From NCBI GenBank assembly GCA_964481835.1, contig CAYZTT010000001.1:9964-73963 (forward strand): a stretch of 64,000 nt of DNA. Direction: 5' to 3'. The notes beneath the pieces were generated by a model. The model ran no database searches and had not been told where the DNA came from. It saw nothing but the letters and a program-made list of their open reading frames with translations. Positions 58,969-64,000 of the stretch are shown here, piece by piece. Numbering within the stretch: position 1 is the first letter of the stretch; every line of letters begins with the position of its first letter. The translations under genes were made by a program, and so were the position numbers. This DNA comes from Candidatus Woesearchaeota archaeon. Lineage in GTDB: Archaea; Nanobdellota; Nanobdellia; SCGC-AAA011-G17; PNOQ01.

Positions 58969-60084
58969 ATGATATCATTAGGAAAAAAAGGAGGGGAGGT
59001 GTCTAGTTATCTTTCCGAGGAGAATCGGAAATTAAGGGATACTGTTTCTAAATTAAAGCGGGAGCTGGATATACTAAAAGAGCCCCCATTACTTGTCTGT
59101 GATGTTCTAAAAATAGTCGATAAAAAAGCAATAGTTAGATTGCCTAATGGGAGCCATTTTTTTGTAAATGTATCCCCTTTGTTGATTGGAAAGATTGGTA
59201 CTGGAGATAGAGTGTTGGCGGAGCAGAAATCTTTAGTTTTAGTTGATAGAATGGATAAGTCTAAAACGCATGAAGTGGAGGATTTTTTGATTATTGATAA
59301 ACCTGCAATGAACTGGGAAGAGATTGGTGGTTTGAAAGATCAGATCCGAGAAATACAAGAGGTCATTGAATTACCTTTGAAAAATCCTGAGTTGTTTAAG
59401 AAAATAGGAATTTGCCCTCCTAAGGGGATATTATTGCATGGGCCTCCTGGAACTGGGAAGACTTTATTAGGGAGGGCAGTCGCAGCGAGTACAAATTCTA
59501 CATTTATTGAGATTGTTGGCTCTGAGTTAGTTCAGAAATTTATTGGAGAGGGGGCAAAATTGGTTAAGGATATTTTTAAGCTTGCTAGAGAAAAAGCACC
59601 TTCAATTATATTCATTGATGAGATCGATGCGATTGCAGCAGAAAGAGTCGATATCGGAACTTCTGGGGAGCGGGAAGTGCAGAGGACATTTATGCAATTA
59701 TTGAGTGAGGTAGATGGGTTTAACCACCTGGACAATGTTAAGATTATTGGGGCCACGAATCGAGCAGACATATTAGATCCTGCAGTTGTACGGCCAGGAA
59801 GATTGGATAGGCTTATTGAGATCCCAATACCCCAATTTGAGGAGCGAGCAGAAATCTTTAGGATACACAGTAAAAATATGAACTTGCATAATATTGACCT
59901 TAAGTTTTTGTCTTCTCAGACGGATAAATTTTCGGGGGCAGAGATAAGATCCGCATGCACTGAGGCAGGATATTTTGCAATTAGGGATAAAAGGACTAAA
60001 ATAGTTAAATCGGACTTTTTAAAAGCCATAAAGAAGATAAAACAGGGAGAGGAGGACAAGAGTCACAAAAGTATGTTTGGATAA
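58969..60084 (+). CDS. pan: Proteasome-activating nucleotidase (PAN, Rpt-like AAA ATPase)
   Basis: N-terminal coiled coil ([19 protein letters not shown]), OB region, single AAA module GPPGTGKT with DEID, and a C-terminal hydrophobic HbYX-like end. Confidence 0.85.
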   Translation: MISLGKKGGEVSSYLSEENRKLRDTVSKLKRELDILKEPPLLVCDVLKIVDKKAIVRLPNGSHFFVNVSPLLIGKIGTGDRVLAEQKSLVLVDRMDKSKTHEVEDFLIIDKPAMNWEEIGGLKDQIREIQEVIELPLKNPELFKKIGICPPKGILLHGPPGTGKTLLGRAVAASTNSTFIEIVGSELVQKFIGEGAKLVKDIFKLAREKAPSIIFIDEIDAIAAERVDIGTSGEREVQRTFMQLLSEVDGFNHLDNVKIIGATNRADILDPAVVRPGRLDRLIEIPIPQFEERAEIFRIHSKNMNLHNIDLKFLSSQTDKFSGAEIRSACTEAGYFAIRDKRTKIVKSDFLKAIKKIKQGEEDKSHKSMFG

Positions 60085-60186
60085 AATGGCAGATCTATTA
60101 GTTTTCATATTGTCTTTGTTGTCTTTTTTTGTTTTATACTGGATATTCTTTGGAGAGAAATTAATGAAGAAAAAGATGGAAGGAAA

Positions 60187-60723
60187 ATGAGATTATTTGT
60201 GGGCATTGAGTTGTCTAAAAAAGTTAGAGATGATTTATTTAGAGTTCAAAAAATTATTTCTGGTGATGTTGCAAAAATAAATTGGGTTGCAAAAAAAAAT
60301 CTACATATAACCTTAAAATTTATTGGAGAAGTGGATGAATCTAAATTGGAGAATATTGTTTTAAGGCTTAAGAAAATAAATTTCAGGAAATTTGATTTAT
60401 CTTTTAACGAACTAGGATTTTATCTTTATAGGCAAGAACCTAAAGTAATAAGGCTGGGGTTCGGAGATGATTCCAAGCTGAAGGAATTACAGAAAGCTAT
60501 TGATGAGGAACTTTTAGACATGGTTAGCTCAGATCAGAAGTTTACTGCACATTTAACTTTAGGGAGGATAAAGTTAGTTAAAAAGAAAGATCAGTTTTTT
60601 GATAAGATTGGGGGCTTTGAATTCTCGAGAGAACCATTTAAGGTAGATTCTTTTTGCTTGATAAAGAGTAGTTTAACAAAAGATGGCCCAAAATATGAGT
60701 GTATTGAGACATTCAAATCATAA
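60187..60723 (+). CDS. RNA 2',3'-cyclic phosphodiesterase (2H phosphoesterase, LigT/ThpR-like)
   Basis: Two H-x-T-x motifs (LHITLKFIGE and AHLTLGRIK) about 85 aa apart in a ~178-aa protein. Confidence 0.7.
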   Translation: MRLFVGIELSKKVRDDLFRVQKIISGDVAKINWVAKKNLHITLKFIGEVDESKLENIVLRLKKINFRKFDLSFNELGFYLYRQEPKVIRLGFGDDSKLKELQKAIDEELLDMVSSDQKFTAHLTLGRIKLVKKKDQFFDKIGGFEFSREPFKVDSFCLIKSSLTKDGPKYECIETFKS

Positions 60724-60755
60724 ATTTTATTAATGACACCTTTAATTATTAATAG

Positions 60756-61979
60756 ATGGAAGAATATACCTATGAAGAGGAACATCATACAAGATGGTGG
60801 CCTTTTGCATTGTTTTCTGTGTTAATTATTACAGGAGTTTTAGTATTTATATTCACTGGAGATGATAATCTACGTTCTCCTGGGTCTCCTGGAACGGGGT
60901 GCGTAGTCATGCAGGATAGTGGAGATTACGAGGATAGCATTAATATTGTATTTCTTGGAACTGAGTATGAGAGTGTTGAAGAATTTAGGGCAGACACAGA
61001 CGGATTTATGGAAAGTTTTCTAAGGGTGGTCCCACATAATAATTATAGAGATAGATTTAATTTTTTTAGGATAGAGGATTTTGGGAGTTATGGATGTAAA
61101 TATGAAGATGCAGTTATATGTAACCCTCAAACTGTTCAACGAGAAGCTACAAAATGCCCTGGGCAAGATATGAATGTAGTATTGGTCAGTAGGAGCAAGG
61201 TAAATAACTTTTTCAAACATCTAAGATCCTCTGCGTGGTTAACTTTAGTTTCTCTTAACTCTGCGGATGATCCCTTGGTGTTGTCTCATGAGGCTGCGCA
61301 TGTCTTGTATGATTTTGCTGATGAGTATGTCTATGGCGGAGTTATAACCTGGGATGCACCTAACTGTGATTCTGATAAAAACACTTGTCCAAAGTTTTCT
61401 GCTGTTGAAGGGGCAGAATGTCTTATTGGATGTGTTAATGAAGAGAACTCAAGACCTGCAGAATATGATATTATGAGTAATTATTGGAAGAGCGATAGGT
61501 ATGAAATATATAATGAGTGGTGGATAGGGAACTATCTAGAAGAAAATACAGTGGGAGGATCTTCTGATGCAATAACTGAGGGAGACCCGGTTGAAAGTCC
61601 ACAGGATGTCTATATTGTAGATGGGGAATGTACTTCTGATGGAGATTGTACTATAACTCAAGTTGATTATAGCCCCGCAGCATACCCAACTAAATCCAAG
61701 ATCCCTACATACGGAAGTCCGAATGTTTACATAAAACATGGGGGGAAGTCAGTTAATGTGCCAACAGATAACATTTTGTTTAAAGATTTTGGTCCGGAGG
61801 GAAATATTGAGAAGAGGCCTTACGCTTTTTCATTAGCTATTCCTGTAAATGATAAAGATCCTAATGTGGAATTACATGAAGAAGGGGAAGTAAAAGAAGT
61901 TTATGTAGTAAAAAGAACTGAATCTTCTGACCGATCTGGGGCAGGCTCTAAGGTTTTGAATATCCCTGAAGTCAGTTAA
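60756..61979 (+). CDS. Membrane-anchored zinc metalloprotease, peptidase M64-like (HExxHx6DEY)
   Basis: N-terminal TM anchor (WWPFALFSVLIITGVLVFIF). The extracytoplasmic domain carries VLSHEAAHVLYDFADEYVYGG, matching the HEXXH...DEY arrangement of IgA-peptidase-type M64 zincins. Confidence 0.4.
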   Translation: MEEYTYEEEHHTRWWPFALFSVLIITGVLVFIFTGDDNLRSPGSPGTGCVVMQDSGDYEDSINIVFLGTEYESVEEFRADTDGFMESFLRVVPHNNYRDRFNFFRIEDFGSYGCKYEDAVICNPQTVQREATKCPGQDMNVVLVSRSKVNNFFKHLRSSAWLTLVSLNSADDPLVLSHEAAHVLYDFADEYVYGGVITWDAPNCDSDKNTCPKFSAVEGAECLIGCVNEENSRPAEYDIMSNYWKSDRYEIYNEWWIGNYLEENTVGGSSDAITEGDPVESPQDVYIVDGECTSDGDCTITQVDYSPAAYPTKSKIPTYGSPNVYIKHGGKSVNVPTDNILFKDFGPEGNIEKRPYAFSLAIPVNDKDPNVELHEEGEVKEVYVVKRTESSDRSGAGSKVLNIPEVS

Positions 61980-64000
61980 TCTTCTGGATAAATTTCCTCT
62001 AAAATATTTTTTATATCTTGTGCTTTTTTAGATCCTATTTTTTCTACTTTTTCTAGCCTTTTTATACTTGCATTACTAAGCTTCTTTATTGTTTTAAATT
62101 CTTTTAAGAGGGATTTAGCTAATGAAGGGCCTATCCCCGGAAATGATTCAACAATGAATTCTTGTTGCTCCATTGTCGTCATTGGCATTTTATTTGTTCG
62201 TATAGAAATCTCCTTCTCAGAATGATTTTGCTCCCTTTGTGCGATTGATTTCACTAATTCTGCAGTATCCTGTGAGTCTTTAGTTCTTATTATTGGAATT
62301 TGGAAGGATGTAACGATTGTGGCAAGCATACCTCTAATTGCGTTTGGATGTACATTTCTTACAGAATAAAGGTCTTCTTCCCCCTCCAGGATTATTATTG
62401 GATTTTCAAAGTTATTTTTTAAATCTTTTAATTGTGTGAATATCCTCCTATCTATTATGGAGTTGACGAAATCAGGAACGGTCTTTCTTTCTATCCCTAT
62501 TTTGTCTGAGAGGATTATATCTGCGGTTGCTAAGGTTTGTATTTTTACGTCCATTCCAGTTTCTAAGAGTCTTTTTGATAGGTTCGAACCTTTTTCTCTA
62601 GTATCAACAAGTACTTTCAATTTGGTTTCTTTTTTTATGTAATCCTTAAGTGTTGGTTCTTTCTTTTCTAATTTTATTCCATCTTTAAGGGTCGTTAGAA
62701 TTCTATGCATTCTTTTTTCTTTATTTATAGCGACCCAATGATATGCTTCATCACGAGTATTTTTAGTCATTAGCACGATGGCCCTTCCTTCTTTATGCCT
62801 TGCTGTCCTCCCTCTCCTTTGAATAGATCTTATGGCCGAGGGGATAGGTTCGTAGAAGATCACTAATTCCACATTAGGTATATCCAAACCTTCTTCTCCA
62901 ATAGAAGTAGAGATTAAACAATTATATATTCCTGATTCGAATTGGCTAAGAATCTCTATTTGCTCTTTTTGGGTTAATCCTGTTCCTGATTTTTTGGCCT
63001 GTCCTACAAATAGTTTAGCGTTTATATTTTCCATAGAGTTTAATTCTTTCTCAATTTCTTTAGCAGAATCTCGATATTGATTAAAAATTATAATTTTTGA
63101 ATGAGGGCATTTACTTATCTCTTGCTTTACTATTTTTTTTAGCTCCAACAGTTTTGGGTGTTTTACCTTTTTTTCTTCTAGTATTTTTGCTTTTACGAAA
63201 GCAGACTTTATGTTTAAGTCTGAAGCTAAGTTTTTTACTGCTTTAGTTTTAGTATCCTTATAGAGTGTATCTAGATATTTTTTTAATGCGGAAACTCCTT
63301 GAGTCTCTAGCATTTCTATGGAGTGGTTTATTTTTATTGCCTCTGCAGATGTGGATATAGATCTAAATACCTGGAAATCTTTTTCCCCTCGTGCGATTCT
63401 TCCCTGTAATGAGGATTGAATTATCAATAGTTCTTTTTTTGAAGTACTATTATTGTTCCTTACGAATCCCATTTGGGAAAGGGATTGCAATCTTTGTTTT
63501 AAAGCAGCATCAAGAAAATCCTTTATATCTTTCAATTCTTTTGGAAAATCTAATTTTATCCAATTAATATTGAGATCTTGTATGTATTGCTTTACATCTG
63601 GGTCCTCATCAGTTCTTACTTCTATTTTCTTTACGTAGAGGTTCTTTATTATCTCTGAGATCGTATCCTTATCTGATCCAGGGGATGCAGTAAGTCCAAT
63701 TATCCTTTCAACTTTAGAATTCTTATGGTATTGTTTTGCAATCCAGGAATAAGCGTAATCTTTTACTGCCCGATGGGCTTCATCAATTACAAGTAATGAG
63801 ACGGTTGAATAATCTATTGAGCTATTTATTATATCATTCTCTATTGTTTGGGGCGTACTTATTATTATCTTGGAACCTTTCCATAGTTCTGCTCTCTTTT
63901 TTGGGGAGACCGTTCCTGTAAAGAGGTTTATTTCATTAATATTGGTCTCTACCTTAAATTCATTGAATATTTGGTTTGCTAGTGGCTTCGTGGGGGTTAA
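61976..64000 (-). CDS. hef: Hef helicase/nuclease (SF2 helicase plus ERCC4 nuclease plus HhH2), 5' end beyond window
   Basis: Reverse translation of 63536-64000 continues in frame upstream of the annotated ORF and contains the DEAH box LVIDEAHRAV and motif III GLTASPG. The downstream region has helicase C-terminal motifs (QRRGRTAR), an ERCC4 nuclease domain (VDTREKGS...ERKTVPD) and a C-terminal HhH2. Confidence 0.8.
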   Translation of the reverse strand, partial: LTPTKPLANQIFNEFKVETNINEINLFTGTVSPKKRAELWKGSKIIISTPQTIENDIINSSIDYSTVSLLVIDEAHRAVKDYAYSWIAKQYHKNSKVERIIGLTASPGSDKDTISEIIKNLYVKKIEVRTDEDPDVKQYIQDLNINWIKLDFPKELKDIKDFLDAALKQRLQSLSQMGFVRNNNSTSKKELLIIQSSLQGRIARGEKDFQVFRSISTSAEAIKINHSIEMLETQGVSALKKYLDTLYKDTKTKAVKNLASDLNIKSAFVKAKILEEKKVKHPKLLELKKIVKQEISKCPHSKIIIFNQYRDSAKEIEKELNSMENINAKLFVGQAKKSGTGLTQKEQIEILSQFESGIYNCLISTSIGEEGLDIPNVELVIFYEPIPSAIRSIQRRGRTARHKEGRAIVLMTKNTRDEAYHWVAINKEKRMHRILTTLKDGIKLEKKEPTLKDYIKKETKLKVLVDTREKGSNLSKRLLETGMDVKIQTLATADIILSDKIGIERKTVPDFVNSIIDRRIFTQLKDLKNNFENPIIILEGEEDLYSVRNVHPNAIRGMLATIVTSFQIPIIRTKDSQDTAELVKSIAQREQNHSEKEISIRTNKMPMTTMEQQEFIVESFPGIGPSLAKSLLKEFKTIKKLSNASIKRLEKVEKIGSKKAQDIKNILEEIYPED

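Noticed and set aside
60086-60190. A 34-aa hydrophobic micro-ORF (MADLLVFILSLLSFFVLYWIFFGEKLMKKKMEGK) upstream of and overlapping the 2H-phosphoesterase start.
   Set aside because: It is too short to support without conservation or expression data, and could equally be 5' leader sequence.
1-64000. Scan for CRISPR arrays, rRNA genes, transposase or IS elements, and additional tRNAs in all intergenic regions longer than 40 bp.
   Set aside because: No repeat-spacer arrays, no rRNA-like conserved stretches and no DDE/IS605-type transposase motifs were found. Only the single tRNA-Lys was found.

Overview
This window reads as an archaeal chromosomal segment, very AT-rich by eye, encoding a dense run of DNA-replication and housekeeping genes. 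In order these include IleRS (partial), RFC small and large subunits, FEN1 with a C-terminal PIP box, family-B DNA polymerase, MetAP2, Dus, Cdc48, RadB, type IA topoisomerase, SerRS, one tRNA-Lys(CTT), a PAC2-family protein, ArgRS, membrane LonB, a predicted oriC followed by Orc1/Cdc6 and the PolD small and large subunits, PAN, a 2H phosphoesterase, and Hef (partial). PolD plus PolB, PAN, the oriC-cdc6-polD synteny and tight gene packing indicate a euryarchaeal or DPANN-like lineage. Several blocks are conspicuously G+C-richer and not housekeeping, and I read them as probable horizontally acquired or accessory DNA: (i) a tandem pair of radical-SAM/SPASM enzymes followed by a decayed secreted-protein pseudogene; (ii) a bacterial-type cyclopropane-fatty-acyl-phospholipid synthase; (iii) a two-gene secreted module (beta-strand-rich, pore-like protein plus an acidic cadherin-like membrane-anchored adhesin) that I consider the best candidate for an undescribed host or cell-surface interaction system; (iv) an approximately 6 kb non-housekeeping island carrying a tyrosine recombinase, an RNase-H-like protein, paralogous coiled-coil/HTH proteins with DNA-level repeats, and a membrane-anchored JAMM/MPN+ protease. 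A copper P1B-ATPase locus with unusual Cys-rich partner proteins is also present. No CRISPR array, rRNA or obvious transposase was seen. All calls rest on motif recognition by eye in the supplied translations, and no database search was run.
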